DNA from: an uncultured bacterium
Lineage (GTDB): Bacteria; Patescibacteriota; Gracilibacteria; UBA1369; PNNO01
Reading direction: 5' to 3'
Assembly (NCBI GenBank): GCA_963704705.1
Contig: OY969931.1
Span: 900,001-932,000 of the forward strand
DNA: 32,000 nucleotides
The notes beneath the pieces were generated by a model. It saw nothing but the letters and a program-made list of their open reading frames with translations, did no database searches and had not been told where the DNA came from. Shown in pieces: positions 1 to 12,400 of this stretch. Every line of letters begins with the position of its first letter. The stretch's first letter is position 1. A program made the translations under genes and the position numbers.

Positions 1-155
1 GAGTTTTCTGAAAGATCACCATAGCTGATTGCTTCTTTAATTCTGCCTGCAATTTCTTTACGTTTTAAATTTTTTAAATTATCAAGTTCCTCTTTTAGCT
101 TTTTATAACCATCCTTGGTTACTAAAGTTACTTTATCCTCATTTATATCAGCCAT
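1..155 (-). CDS. greA: Transcription elongation factor GreA, N-terminal part only (gene runs off the left edge)
   Basis: Hand translation of the minus strand from ATG at 155-153 gives MADINEDKVTLVTKDGYKKLKEELDNLKNLKRKEIAGRIKEAISYGDLSENS. This fits the GreA N-terminal pattern G..KL.EEL..LK...R.EI...I.EA...GDLSEN. It is absent from the ORF track because the window edge truncates it. Confidence 0.6.
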   Translation of the reverse strand, partial: MADINEDKVTLVTKDGYKKLKEELDNLKNLKRKEIAGRIKEAISYGDLSEN

Positions 156-178
156 AGTATAAAAGTTAATTATAATTT

Positions 179-1297
179 TTAAGTTGGGCGTATTTTTACG
201 CTCGTTGGATGTTCTTTAAGTTTTTGTAATACTTTTGCCTCAATTTGTCTGATTCTTTCACGTGTAACATTAAATTCATGACCCACTTCTTCTAATGTAT
301 GACCAACTCCGTCTTTTAATCCAAAACGCATTTCAATAATCTTTCTTTCACGTGGTGAAAGATATTGAAGCATTTCATGTATATTTTCTTTAATTATTTG
401 TCTGTTTGTTGCGTCAGCAGGAGAAAGTGCATCATCATCCTCAATAAAATCTCCTAGTTTGCTATCTTCTTCAGTTCCAACAGGCGCTTCCAAAGAAACT
501 ATATCCTGTGAAATCTTCATAATATGACGTACTTTTTTAACATCCATATCCATTTCAGCTGCCAATTCTTCAATTAATGGTTCACGGCCAAGCTCCTGTA
601 CCAATCTTCTCTGCGCATGAGTCAATTTATTGATTGTTTCAACCATATGAACCGGAATTCTGATAGTTCGTGCCTGATCAGCGATTGCACGCGTAATAGC
701 CTGTCTAATCCACCATGTTGCATATGTTGAGAATTTAAATCCTCTATTTGGGTCAAATTTTTCAACTGCTCTGAATAAACCAATGTTTCCCTCCTGAATT
801 AAATCAAGAAAAGAAAGTCCTCTACCAATATATTTTTTAGCAATACTTACAACCAATCTCAAATTGGCTTCAGCAAGCTTTTGTTTTGCTGTCTGGTCTC
901 CTTTTTTAATTGCGCGTGCTAAATCAATTTCTTCTTTAGCGGTTAATAAAGGAACTTTACCTATTTCACATAAATAAAGTCTAATAGAATCATTAGCGAT
1001 TTCTTTAAGTTCGATTTCTTTTTTATCTTTTATCATTTGCTCCTCTTCTTCTTCCTTATTTTTCCAAATCATCTCATCTTTGACATCAATTACATCAATG
1101 CCAAGATCTAAAAATAAACTATAGATCTCATCTAATAATAAAAGATCGTCTTCAACATTCGGTACAGCTTTTAAAAGCTCCTGTTGAGTTACGAAACCTT
1201 GTTCTCTACCCTTTTTTACAAGCTTTTTAACTGCATCCGGAAATTGTGCAAGCTTATCGTCAGATGGATGAACTATGAATTTTTTGGTACGTGCCAT
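179..1297 (-). CDS. rpoD: RNA polymerase primary sigma factor (sigma-70 family)
   Basis: Region 1.2 [20 protein letters not shown]; region 2 [30 protein letters not shown]; region 4 [29 protein letters not shown]. 372 aa. Confidence 0.92.
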   Translation of the reverse strand: MARTKKFIVHPSDDKLAQFPDAVKKLVKKGREQGFVTQQELLKAVPNVEDDLLLLDEIYSLFLDLGIDVIDVKDEMIWKNKEEEEEQMIKDKKEIELKEIANDSIRLYLCEIGKVPLLTAKEEIDLARAIKKGDQTAKQKLAEANLRLVVSIAKKYIGRGLSFLDLIQEGNIGLFRAVEKFDPNRGFKFSTYATWWIRQAITRAIADQARTIRIPVHMVETINKLTHAQRRLVQELGREPLIEELAAEMDMDVKKVRHIMKISQDIVSLEAPVGTEEDSKLGDFIEDDDALSPADATNRQIIKENIHEMLQYLSPRERKIIEMRFGLKDGVGHTLEEVGHEFNVTRERIRQIEAKVLQKLKEHPTSVKIRPT

Positions 1298-1307
1298 ATT
1301 TAATATT

Positions 1308-3077
1308 TTAATTGCCCACTAAATTTTTGAGCTGTAATAAAAGATTTTTTGCTTTCTCTGATTCTCCGTTTTTTTCCGCTTCTTTAATTTGTGTTGATAA
1401 ACTCTTTTGCAGTCGTTCAGTTCTAAATCTTTTTTCGCTTTCAAGCAGAAGTTTGAATTCTTTTTTCAACATTTCTTCATTGAATGTACCGTATAAATCG
1501 TCTACAAATAAAGAAATAACCACTAATCGATCCGCGATTTCTTCACTGAAACATGACAAAAAATCCTTCCTCGTATCCTCTGCTCGAAGCAAATTATAGT
1601 GATCTTTATACGTATTGTAAATGCTTTTTTCAACTTCATTTAATAATTTTTCATCAATTTCCTTAATATAATCTTCAAAAAGCTCCGGATTCTCATAAAT
1701 AAGCCCAAAAACAATTTCCATACTAGTAATTTTATGTACTATTTGTTCATTTATTTGCTCGGATTTTTTTAATGTAGGTATAATTGAGCTCTTAAAATGT
1801 TTAATTTCATCATAAATAAAGATTTCTTTTGTATCTAATTTCTGAGCAATTATCCTTATATACTGATCTTTTTCAAAATTACTGCTTAATAAATTCAAAT
1901 ATGGGATAAGCTCGGATAAAATATGCTTTTTTCCATCAATTGTCTGTGAATTATATTTTTTTAGAGACAAATCGATACAAAAATCCATAAATGGGATTAT
2001 ATTTTTACTTAATTCTTCCCATTTTCCAGGATTTTCTTTGATGAAATCCGCGGGATCCTTAACTTCCAGACCGTTTATTACATAAACATTCATATCTTCA
2101 TGTACAGCAAGTTCAAATCCGCGTTTTGCAGCTTCGATACCGGCCTGATCCGTATCAAAACAAAAGACTAATTCTTTTGTAAGACGTTTAAATAACTTTA
2201 TTTGCTGCAGGGTGAGTGCTGTTCCGGAACTTGCGACCGCAATTCTAACGCCTTCCTGGTGCGACATAATCACATCAAAATAACCTTCGGTAATAATAAC
2301 CTTATCTTCTTTTTTAATATGTTCTTTTGCAAAATTATACCCGTAAACAACTTCACTTTTTTTATAAATAGGAGAATCAGGAGAATTTAAATACTTTGGA
2401 TTATCATCTTTTTTCAACGCACGACCTCCAAAGCCCACAATTCTTCCAACCGCATCATAAATAGGAATCATAAGCCTCATTCTAAAACGGTCATATATTT
2501 TGTTTGCATCCGTATCTTTGGCCACAGCGATTCCGCTTAATGCAATTGATTTACGGGAATAACCGGCTTTTACAAGATTCATATGCGTTTCTTCAAATGA
2601 ATCAGATGCAAAACCAAAATTAAACTCCTTTATTGTTCCATCTTTAAGACCTCTATTCCTCAAATAATCTAAAACTTTAACTCCTTCAGGAGTATTCCAA
2701 AGCTTATCAATATAAAAACTAAGTGTTTTATTATGCATTTCATACAGTTCTTCTTTTTCACTTTTGCTGTGCTTGGTTTCTTCTGAGAATGAGTAGTCGG
2801 CCATATCTAAACCGCATTTATCAGCCAAAATTTTAACTGCATCTTTAAACTCAACTCCTTCAACCTCTTCAATAAAAGCAATCATATCTCCGCCTTTATG
2901 ACACCCAAAACAATAAGCAAGCTGCTTTTCAGGGCTTACCATAAAACTCGGTGTTTTTTCATTATGAAAAGGACAAAGACCTTTAAAGTTCTTTCCTGCT
3001 TTTTTAAGCTGAACATATTGTCCAACAACATCTTCAATGTTTAATCTGGATTTTATATCTGAAACAACATCTGACAT
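1308..3077 (-). CDS. dnaG: DNA primase DnaG
   Basis: N-terminal CHC2 zinc finger [36 protein letters not shown] region [11 protein letters not shown] and FDTDQAG. 589 aa, directly upstream of rpoD as in the classical dnaG-rpoD arrangement. Confidence 0.9.
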   Translation of the reverse strand: MSDVVSDIKSRLNIEDVVGQYVQLKKAGKNFKGLCPFHNEKTPSFMVSPEKQLAYCFGCHKGGDMIAFIEEVEGVEFKDAVKILADKCGLDMADYSFSEETKHSKSEKEELYEMHNKTLSFYIDKLWNTPEGVKVLDYLRNRGLKDGTIKEFNFGFASDSFEETHMNLVKAGYSRKSIALSGIAVAKDTDANKIYDRFRMRLMIPIYDAVGRIVGFGGRALKKDDNPKYLNSPDSPIYKKSEVVYGYNFAKEHIKKEDKVIITEGYFDVIMSHQEGVRIAVASSGTALTLQQIKLFKRLTKELVFCFDTDQAGIEAAKRGFELAVHEDMNVYVINGLEVKDPADFIKENPGKWEELSKNIIPFMDFCIDLSLKKYNSQTIDGKKHILSELIPYLNLLSSNFEKDQYIRIIAQKLDTKEIFIYDEIKHFKSSIIPTLKKSEQINEQIVHKITSMEIVFGLIYENPELFEDYIKEIDEKLLNEVEKSIYNTYKDHYNLLRAEDTRKDFLSCFSEEIADRLVVISLFVDDLYGTFNEEMLKKEFKLLLESEKRFRTERLQKSLSTQIKEAEKNGESEKAKNLLLQLKNLVGN

Positions 3078-3124
3078 GCGAAAATTTTACTGGGTTTTAA
3101 TTCTATAGCTCTTAACGCAATAAA

Positions 3125-4186
3125 TCAACTGGACTTTTTTAGTTTCTTAAGCCCATAAAAGACAATTATAGAGGCCATAATAACCATTATGAGCCCCATC
3201 ATTATAATAAGGTATAGTTTTTGAGTTGTTCCAAGAAATATCGCGCTTCCTCCAAAAAAAGCACATAATAAATAAATAAGTAAAAGTGCTTTCCTTTCAG
3301 TTAAACCCACTTCAACCAATCTATGATGTAAATGCTTTAAATCACCCTGCATAGGTGATCTTCCCTGAACAATTCTGCGTGTAATAACCCAAAATGCATC
3401 TAAAATCGGGAATCCAAGTACTAAAAAGGCTGTTGCAATCTTTCCGCCGGCAAATATTGCAAAAACTGCTATTAAAAATCCCAAAAACATACTTCCGGTA
3501 TCCCCCATTAGTATTTTTGCGGGATGGAAATCGAAAATCCAGAATACAAATGTCATTGTTGCTACAATAACAGCTAATGTTGCGACAGTACTCTGGTCAA
3601 CTATATTATATTCTCCGATTGATAAAACAAATAAAGTGGCGACAGCAATAAATGAAACTCCGCTAACCAATCCGTTTAATCCGTCTAAAAAATTCATTGT
3701 ATTTACGATCAAAACAATCCAAAAAATTGTAAATAGATCAGCAAGTAATGTGATTGTTAAAGCTGTATCCCCTATTGGAATAGTTAATTTTAATTGATCC
3801 AAAACAATAGGATCTCCCAATGGATTACTAATAGAAGCTATTCCTATACCTGAAATTACAACTGATAATGCGCCTAAAAACTGAATTGCTAATCTTATCC
3901 ATGGATTCAAACCTTTTAAATCATCCAAAAAACTTACTGTCGCAATCATAAATCCCCCAAGCAATACTCCAAATACTCGTGCATCAATCTTAACAAAAAT
4001 TAATGTTGAAACAAAAAATACAATAATGAATATTAATCCGCCATAATAAGGTATGGGTTTTCTTTTCAATCCATATTTTTTCGGACGATCCATCAAGCCC
4101 CATTTTGGAAAGAATTTAAGCGCCAGAAGCACTAAAATTAGAGTTAAAACAAATGAGAATATTGCTGGAGGAATATATTGGATCAT
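3125..4186 (-). CDS. Polyprenyl-phosphate sugar-phosphate transferase, GT4 MraY/WecA superfamily (WecA/TagO-like)
   Basis: Polytopic membrane protein with NTMNFLDGLNGL and MGDTGSMFLGF motifs. The C-terminal DLKHLHHRL resembles the WecA/TagO type more than the MraY PIHHHFE type. Confidence 0.65.
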   Translation of the reverse strand: MIQYIPPAIFSFVLTLILVLLALKFFPKWGLMDRPKKYGLKRKPIPYYGGLIFIIVFFVSTLIFVKIDARVFGVLLGGFMIATVSFLDDLKGLNPWIRLAIQFLGALSVVISGIGIASISNPLGDPIVLDQLKLTIPIGDTALTITLLADLFTIFWIVLIVNTMNFLDGLNGLVSGVSFIAVATLFVLSIGEYNIVDQSTVATLAVIVATMTFVFWIFDFHPAKILMGDTGSMFLGFLIAVFAIFAGGKIATAFLVLGFPILDAFWVITRRIVQGRSPMQGDLKHLHHRLVEVGLTERKALLLIYLLCAFFGGSAIFLGTTQKLYLIIMMGLIMVIMASIIVFYGLKKLKKSS

Positions 4187-5031
4187 ATATTTAATTTTTT
4201 CTTATATTTATATGCATTATTTTTTATCTTTTCTATAATACCAACAAGTTTATTGTTATAAAAGGCACAAACAATATCATCCTCAAGATCTTTTCTGATT
4301 ATAAACTGGCCTAAATTCAATTTTTCCAATTCCTCACCTAAAATTTCAATACATTTATATTTAAGACTCACAGCTTCTAACGGTATCAAATCTTCTTCAC
4401 TTACTTCGTTGATTTTAATTGAATCTTTAACTATAAAATTGCCTACTCTTGTTCTTTTAAGTTCATTCAAATAAGCGCCTGTACCTAATTTTTCGCCTAT
4501 ATCATTAGCTAAACTTCTAATATAAGTTCCGCTTGAACAGCTCACATCAAATTCCAAATTCGGATAATTATATGAGATTATTGCTATATTATTTATTGTA
4601 ATTTTTCTGCTTTTCATTTCAAATTTTTCTCCATTACGAGCCATTTCATAAGCTTTTTTGCCGTTAATTTTTAATGCAGAATATTTAGGTGGAATTTGCT
4701 CAATCTCGCCAATAAATCCGGCAACAATTTCCTGTATTTCATCAAAATCCGGTTTACGACTACCCACCTCTTCAATTTCACCTTCTGCATCATATGTATC
4801 TGACTTTTTACCTAAAATAATTTTTGCTGAATATTCTTTTTCATCTTTCATTAAAAATTCAATAAGTTTTGTTGCTTCACCAACAGCTACTATTAAAACT
4901 CCTTCAGCCAAAGGATCTAAAGTTCCTGTATGTCCCATTTTTTTTATTCCAAATTTACGTCTAAGTTCACGAATAACATCAAATGATGTCATTCCTTTTT
5001 CTTTATAAATATTTAAAAAACCGTAATTCAT
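4183..5031 (-). CDS. truB: tRNA pseudouridine-55 synthase TruB
   Basis: Catalytic motif GHTGTLDPLAEGVL near the N-terminus and YIRSLANDIG later. 282 aa. 4-nt ATGA-type overlap with the downstream gene. Confidence 0.85.
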   Translation of the reverse strand: MNYGFLNIYKEKGMTSFDVIRELRRKFGIKKMGHTGTLDPLAEGVLIVAVGEATKLIEFLMKDEKEYSAKIILGKKSDTYDAEGEIEEVGSRKPDFDEIQEIVAGFIGEIEQIPPKYSALKINGKKAYEMARNGEKFEMKSRKITINNIAIISYNYPNLEFDVSCSSGTYIRSLANDIGEKLGTGAYLNELKRTRVGNFIVKDSIKINEVSEEDLIPLEAVSLKYKCIEILGEELEKLNLGQFIIRKDLEDDIVCAFYNNKLVGIIEKIKNNAYKYKKKLNI

Positions 5032-5034
5032 ATA

Positions 5035-6339
5035 TTAAATTTGAACTTCAACTTCCCTGCTTAAAATTTCTTTAACTGCATTTCTGTCATCCCACGGAAT
5101 TCTTTCTTTACCTATAATTTGTATTTCTTCGCAACCTTTACCTGCGATCACTACTGTATCTTCAGGTTGTGCAAGTGTTAAAGCGAGCTTAATTGCTTCA
5201 TATCTATGTGGAATTTTCCAAAATCTATCCCCTTCTTTTCGATTGATTCCTTCTGCAACCTGATTAATAATTTGCCATTCGTCTTCTTCGTAAGGGTCAT
5301 CATTGGTTAAAATAATATAATCAGTATTTTTATCGGCAATCTTGCCCATTTTTGGACGTTTAGCTTTATCTCTTCCTCCGCCTGTTGCACCAAAAACTGC
5401 AATAAGTTTACCAACTGTAAGATTTTTATATAGATTAAATAATTTTTCCAAAGAATCCGGAGCGTGAGCGTAATCAACAATTATTGAATACGGCTGACCA
5501 TGTTCAATAACTTCCTGCCTGCCCGGAACACCATGTGCTCTTTCAAGAGCTGCCTTTATAGTTTTTAAATTTATATTGTTTGAAAGAGCAACAGTAGCTG
5601 CTGCCAAAGCATTTGAGATATTAAATTCACCCGGCATGTTTAAATTAATTCTAATAGAATCATTTGGAATATGAAGAATGAAAGTTGAACCTGAAGCATT
5701 CAATTCAATTGAACTTGCATGACAAGTCCCTTTTTTAAGACTGTAAGTATATTTTCTATCAACAATAAACTGATCAAAGTAATCAAACTGTTTATCATCT
5801 GCATTTAATACTGATAACTTTGGTATGTTCGGCTTTCTGCGTGACTGATTTAATTTTTTAAATAATGAACCTTTCGCATGCAGATACTCCTGAAAACTAC
5901 CATGATATTCAATATGATCTTCGGTAATATTTGTAAAAACAGCTGTATCAAAATTAATTCCTAAAACTCGCGATTGAGTCATAGCATGTGAAGAAACCTC
6001 CAAAACAGCATGAGTACAATTTTCTTTTACCATTCTTCTAAGCATTTTCTGAAGTGTAAACGGACTCATGGTTGTTTGCTTTGAAGTATTAACCCATTTG
6101 GTTGCACCAATTTGAAAATTAATAGTTGAAGCCATACCTACTTTATAACCTGCTTCTTCCAAAATCATCGTAGTTAAATTAACCGTAGTTGTTTTCCCGT
6201 TTGTACCTGTAATACCTATTACATTTAAATTTCTTGATGGAAATCTGTACACAACAACGGCAAGCGCTGCTTTTATCTGGTGATATAAAAGTCTTATCGG
6301 GTTTGTATCGGAAATCTTATTTTTAAGGAAATTTAGCAT
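5035..6339 (-). CDS. murE: Mur ligase family, MurE-like (UDP-MurNAc-L-Ala-D-Glu:amino acid ligase) lacking the usual N-terminal domain
   Basis: P-loop FPSRNLNVIGITGTNGKTTT starts at residue ~42. VDYAHAPDSLEKL and ILTNDDPYEED match the MurE C-terminal patterns VDYAHTPDALE and DNPR-region. 434 aa. Confidence 0.6.
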   Translation of the reverse strand: MLNFLKNKISDTNPIRLLYHQIKAALAVVVYRFPSRNLNVIGITGTNGKTTTVNLTTMILEEAGYKVGMASTINFQIGATKWVNTSKQTTMSPFTLQKMLRRMVKENCTHAVLEVSSHAMTQSRVLGINFDTAVFTNITEDHIEYHGSFQEYLHAKGSLFKKLNQSRRKPNIPKLSVLNADDKQFDYFDQFIVDRKYTYSLKKGTCHASSIELNASGSTFILHIPNDSIRINLNMPGEFNISNALAAATVALSNNINLKTIKAALERAHGVPGRQEVIEHGQPYSIIVDYAHAPDSLEKLFNLYKNLTVGKLIAVFGATGGGRDKAKRPKMGKIADKNTDYIILTNDDPYEEDEWQIINQVAEGINRKEGDRFWKIPHRYEAIKLALTLAQPEDTVVIAGKGCEEIQIIGKERIPWDDRNAVKEILSREVEVQI

Positions 6340-6703
6340 TTTTAATATCTTGTTTAATTTGTAATTGCAGGTCTTCTTTACTTTTGAATTCTCTCACATC
6401 ACGGATTTTTTTCAATGTTTTAAATTTTACTTCTTTATTATTGATACTTTTATTAAAATTTAATAAATGAATCTCGCAAAAAATTTTCTTATTATCATTA
6501 GTGCCGATTGATTTAGGACCTATATGCATTACTCCAATATAATGTTCCCCGTCAATTTTAACTTCGCAACTGTAAACACCATACTTTATATCTTTTGGAA
6601 CATCTTTTAAATTAATAGTAGGAAAATCAATCAGCCTTCCTATTCCGGCACCTTTTTCAATAACAGATTTATACCAAATATCATTCATTTTTTGATAATG
6701 CAA
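6323..6703 (-). CDS. Stand-alone riboflavin kinase domain protein
   Basis: GIGRLIDFPTINL, GVYSCEV, YIGVMHIGPK, EIHLLNF and KIRDVREFKSKEDLQLQIKQD follow the RibF C-terminal (riboflavin kinase) pattern. 126 aa. Overlaps both neighbours. Confidence 0.6.
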   Translation of the reverse strand: MHYQKMNDIWYKSVIEKGAGIGRLIDFPTINLKDVPKDIKYGVYSCEVKIDGEHYIGVMHIGPKSIGTNDNKKIFCEIHLLNFNKSINNKEVKFKTLKKIRDVREFKSKEDLQLQIKQDIKNAKFP

Positions 6704-8072
6704 AATTGACTCCTATTATAAGCCAGAATATTAATGACAAATCGTTTTTCCAGTAAGTAACATCTATTAAACCATGTATCAATAAATAACTGAGCATAAT
6801 TATTACAGCAATCGCTATATTTTTTTCTTCACCGGGCTTAATTTTTCTGTATTTTTTAAATGCAAAAACCACTATCCATATAAAAGACACAATACCTAAA
6901 AGACCAGTATTAAGCCATGTTTCCATGTACAAATTATGCGAATGTAACCTTGTCGGTTCCAAAGGCGGATGTCCTAGAATTTCTTCTGCTCTATATGAAT
7001 AATTTGGCTGAAATTGACCCAGACCAATACCTAACAGCGGGTTTTCTTTTAATAAAGTAAAACCTACCTGCCAAATTTCAAGTCGTGTAGAAATTGAAGT
7101 ATGTTCATCAATTCTTACTAAATTCTGAAACTTTTCAATATTTAAAGATGCAGTTAATGTTCCTGCCAAAGTAACAAATAAAATAATGAAAATTATAATT
7201 TTATTTAAGAACTTTTTAACCAAGAATTCACCTGTGGTAATTCTTGTATAAATAACAAATATAAAAATTGCTATAAACGCTCCCAAAAGCCCTCCGTAAG
7301 ATTGCGAAAGCACCAAAACTGCAAATAAAAACGCTGCGAATAATCCTAAAAATATTCTATGTTCAAATGCTGCAAATCTAGTATGCGCAGTTGCAAGTTT
7401 AAGATGCATAAATGTCTGTAAAAATCTTATGGCTGTGAAAATAAATGCCGGAGTTATATACATGGCAAAATAATTTGCTGATTCAAAAGGTCCGGAAACT
7501 CTTTGATCAATAGTAGCATAATGTCCTGATGCAGCCTGATACGAACCCCATAACGCCAATATTAATGCTGAACTCAAGTAAGCATATAATACAAAATTCG
7601 CGTCTCTGGAATCTTTAATTGTGACAAATAAAATATAGAAATAAATAAGGGGTATTATTACCCAGCTTTTTAATATTCCCAATGCATGCATAGCATCATT
7701 ACCCTGTACAATCAAAGCTGAAATCACACTTGCAATTAAAAACAAAACAATTGGGAAAAATGGTGACTTCAAAAAATCCTTAATTTCCCATTTTGCAGGC
7801 AAAAATTTGAGTTTTATAATATGCAGAATTTTATGAAAAAATCCCTTTGATAAAGCTTCACTATGACCAATTAATAAGAAATAAAAAACCGGTATTGCTG
7901 AAATTATTATTATTGCCTCAACAAAATATATAGGTATTCCAAATATATTTATTTCAAATAGATATAATGGAAAAAATAACGGAATTAAAAGTATTGAAAC
8001 CCTTAAATTTTTATAAACAAGCAATGCCCAAGCAACTAAAAGGATTATATAAATAATATATTCAAACGGCAT
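6681..8072 (-). CDS. O-antigen ligase / Wzy_C-like polytopic membrane protein
   Basis: More than 10 hydrophobic helices. A large loop carries RLHSHNLYMETWLNTGLLG, the H.HN.y...G..G pattern typical of the O-antigen ligase family. Confidence 0.55.
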   Translation of the reverse strand: MPFEYIIYIILLVAWALLVYKNLRVSILLIPLFFPLYLFEINIFGIPIYFVEAIIIISAIPVFYFLLIGHSEALSKGFFHKILHIIKLKFLPAKWEIKDFLKSPFFPIVLFLIASVISALIVQGNDAMHALGILKSWVIIPLIYFYILFVTIKDSRDANFVLYAYLSSALILALWGSYQAASGHYATIDQRVSGPFESANYFAMYITPAFIFTAIRFLQTFMHLKLATAHTRFAAFEHRIFLGLFAAFLFAVLVLSQSYGGLLGAFIAIFIFVIYTRITTGEFLVKKFLNKIIIFIILFVTLAGTLTASLNIEKFQNLVRIDEHTSISTRLEIWQVGFTLLKENPLLGIGLGQFQPNYSYRAEEILGHPPLEPTRLHSHNLYMETWLNTGLLGIVSFIWIVVFAFKKYRKIKPGEEKNIAIAVIIMLSYLLIHGLIDVTYWKNDLSLIFWLIIGVNFALSKNE

Positions 8073-8084
8073 ATTAAATTGTTA

Positions 8085-8663
8085 TTAGTAATTCTTTTTT
8101 TCAAGTTCAATCAATCCATAATCGCCATCTGCACGTCTGTAAACAACTGAAAACAAATTAGTATCTGAATTGATAAATGCATAAAAATCATGACCTAAAA
8201 GTTCCATTTGTTCAACTGCTTCGTCTTCACGCATTGGTTCATGATCAGTATATTTTTTTCGTTTTACAATTCCTTCTATTTCTTCAGTTGAGATTTCATC
8301 TTTCGTAACATTTTCTAAGGTTGATTCGGGTATCCAATTCCCTGATTTATCTCTTCTGTGCTTTTTGGCTTTATACCTTTCTATTTGTTTTTTAAGCTTT
8401 TCTACGGCCAAATCTGTGGTCTCTTCAATAGTTGATCCGTGTACTTCTGCTCTAATAACGGCATTTGGAATAAACATTGTTATTTGTGTGACAATTTTCT
8501 CATCACCTGATTGTACTTTTCTTTTTGCAACATCAACACGAATTATTGAAGCTTCATCTGAAACTCTTTCTTCGTATTTTTTTAGATTTTCGATTTTTTC
8601 ATTAATATAATCCTTTTGATTATCACCTAATGTAATTGATTGACCCACAATTTGAATTTGCAT
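8085..8663 (-). CDS. hpf: Ribosome hibernation promoting factor, long form (HPF/RaiA)
   Basis: N-terminal S30AE-like domain (MQIQIVGQSITLGDNQKDYINEKIENLKKY) plus a C-terminal dimerisation domain (HDFYAFINSDTNLFSVVYRRADGDYGLIE). 192 aa. Confidence 0.8.
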   Translation of the reverse strand: MQIQIVGQSITLGDNQKDYINEKIENLKKYEERVSDEASIIRVDVAKRKVQSGDEKIVTQITMFIPNAVIRAEVHGSTIEETTDLAVEKLKKQIERYKAKKHRRDKSGNWIPESTLENVTKDEISTEEIEGIVKRKKYTDHEPMREDEAVEQMELLGHDFYAFINSDTNLFSVVYRRADGDYGLIELEKKNY

Positions 8664-8698
8664 GTTTTTGAGGATTAAAAGTATTAAAAATTATAGAT

Positions 8699-9462
<764 letters not shown>

Positions 9463-9492
9463 ATTAGGATATTAATATAAAAACAAAAACCA

Positions 9493-12400
9493 ATGAAAAA
9501 TAGAAATTTACTCAAATTTTTTAATTATTTCGCATTAGAACAGCGAAATTTGTTCTTATGTGAAAGCAAACTTGCATTTAAAAATCCTAAGGCGGGAGTA
9601 AGTGCAAGCGCTGAAAGATTATCAGCAACTGAAAAGAAAGAACTTCAAAATAAGATTGAATTACAGAATAAACAAATACAGGCAAATGAGAAAAAACTAG
9701 AAGAATTTAATAAGATGCTTGATAAATTTTTTGTGAATAAAAGAACATTTGAAGTAAAAAATATTACAAATACAGCTGTTGTGCTTGAAGAGTTGATGGT
9801 TAATTCATCTGATTCCAGTTTATCGAAAGATAAGAACAGACTTGGTTATTTAAGAATGATGGCTAAAAATTTCAAATCTGCAATTCAACCACATGAGGCT
9901 GAATTAAAAAAACATCAACCTTTGAAAATAACTGTAAATCCGGGTGGAGTTATAGATTTTGCTGATTCAAAAAATCACAGATTACTAACAATCGATCTGA
10001 AAAAAGATTCATTTTATGCAGTATCAGTTGAAAATCTTAAGAGAAATATCGCAAATTTAAAAGAAAGAATCAAAGGGAAAAAAGAAGCTGTTGTAAGCCG
10101 CACACGCGAACAACATGTTTCGTATCGTGAAAATCTTGATTTGAAATCAAAATTTGGAAACTTACATGATGCGATTAAAGATTCTCCAAAACTTAAAGGC
10201 AAAGTTAAAGTTGTTCAAAACGGTGATTTCCAGGTTGTTAAATTCCTTGGAAAAAACAAAAAAGAAATTAAGAAAAATGAGTTGGCACTTAAAATTGAAG
10301 ACATTTACAACTTAAGCCTCGTAAACAGTTATCCTGATTCTGTTTTAAGAATTCAGGTTACAAACCCATACCAAGGGACTTATAAAGCAACTTATAACCC
10401 TCAGCGGGGCTCATTTTACATTGATGGCACAACTGAAAGAGCAAAAATTTATAATAACGGAAAAATTAAAGTTCTTGAATTTAGAGTTGTTCCAAAAAAA
10501 CCAAGATCAACAAAAGCAGCAATGAGCGGAGTTAAACCTGCTGAATCAAAGGCGGCTCAGGAAAAAGCAAAAAATGAAGCCTACGAGCAAAGGGAATTTG
10601 AAAAAGATCAAACAAAAGATTACTTATTCGACAAATACTACAAATATATTTTCAAAAAGGACCGTTTTGGCGGACATAAATTACTTCAATCAAAAGAAGA
10701 TTTTAAAAACTGGGGTAGATTATCTCATGTTTTAGGCCCGATTCTTGCTCAACCTCCATTCAACATAAGAAGATCATCATCAGAGCAAAAAAAATATATG
10801 GAGCTTGTAATTCAGGGAACCGGATTTTGGGATCCGAACTGGGAAATACAAGGTAAAGATTTCTTTAAATACGGAGGAATCCAATACAAAGGCGGATATG
10901 ATAAATTTGTTGAAGACTATGAAAAATTAACAAAAAAATACGATAAACTTGAGAAAGAAGGAAAAACTCTATCAGAAAAAGAACTGGAACAGCTAACAAA
11001 ACTCGAAGATATAGCAGTTGGAATCGCAAGAGTTTATGAAGCTCTTCAAACAATGAAACCATTAAAGGCTGATCAGGAATCTGAGAAAGAAAGACTGGAC
11101 AGAACAGTTCTGTTAAATGTACCTAAAGCAAACGAAACTGAATTAAAAGAAGTAAAATCAAATAGATATTTGAATTATTATTTGCCTTTATTGACTCATG
11201 AAAAAGAAACCACTTCTCATCAGGTAAATATTCTTGTTGGGTACTCAACAAACAAAAAACTTGTTCAATTAGTGCAACAGGCGATCAATTCAATTCCAAA
11301 AGGAATGATTAAAGAAGAGGTTTTATGGCAATATAAAATGAATCCTACAAAACTTCTGTTCTTAACATTTGGATTCGATTCATTGGTTGCTAAAGGCGCA
11401 ATTAAAAAAATTGACGATAAAAGATTTGTGCTTACCCAGACTCCTACAAATGCAAACTGGGCAATTGCGGCTTTAAAAATGCAGGGAGCTTCAAAAAACC
11501 CTGAATCAATGCAAAGCTGGGAAAAAGTAAGAGGTAAAGTTGATGCTCATCACAAAGCAGCAAACTTTATTAAAGCAATCTTTGGAGACAAAGAAACAAG
11601 TGTAAAAAATAATTTAAGAAGCAGATGGTCACGATTATGGCATTGGGAATGGGCAGATAAAAAATACGTGAGCATGGAAAATCTTGCTCAGGTTAAAACC
11701 TATGGTAAGAATGATTTCAATTTAGAAGCTGTTGAAAAACGCGGTTATTTGGATATGAAAGGCAAAGTTGCTGAAAGAGCCGGAGAAACCGGAATGTACA
11801 GAATTCCTGAAAAAAATCATGGCGCATTAATTAAAATGACAAATGATTATCTTGCAAAAGGTATTCAGATGACACTCGCAAATGCACCAAAAGGAAAAAG
11901 AAATGAAATTTTAAAAAACCTTACCAAAAAATTCGGAATTAATATTGAATTCGGAAAAGATGACGGAAAAATTGCAGCAGATATAGTTAAATTAATTGGT
12001 GTAAAAGGCTTAAATACTTCTGAACTTACTCCTGATAAAATCAAATTTATCAGACTTGGATTTTTGGAAGAAAGATACTTAAAAGCAGTTGAAAGTAAAG
12101 ATATGACAGATGAATACTTCTCTGCTTCACCTGAAATCAGAAAAATTCAGGACAAACTATATAAACAAGGTATGGCTTTAACTGAATTACCAAGAGTTGA
12201 AGCTGATATACATGCAGGATTAGCAGTGCTTGTTAAAAGCAGAGAAATAGTTGGTCCGGGCGGATTCGCTGGCTTTACTCTTAGATATAAAGCATTAAAC
12301 GGACATGAACTTTACACAACTGTTGGTCTTGGAGGATTACAATCCGGACTTACTGTATATGCAGCATTAGGCGCAAAAGTAAAATTAAGCGAAACATGGG

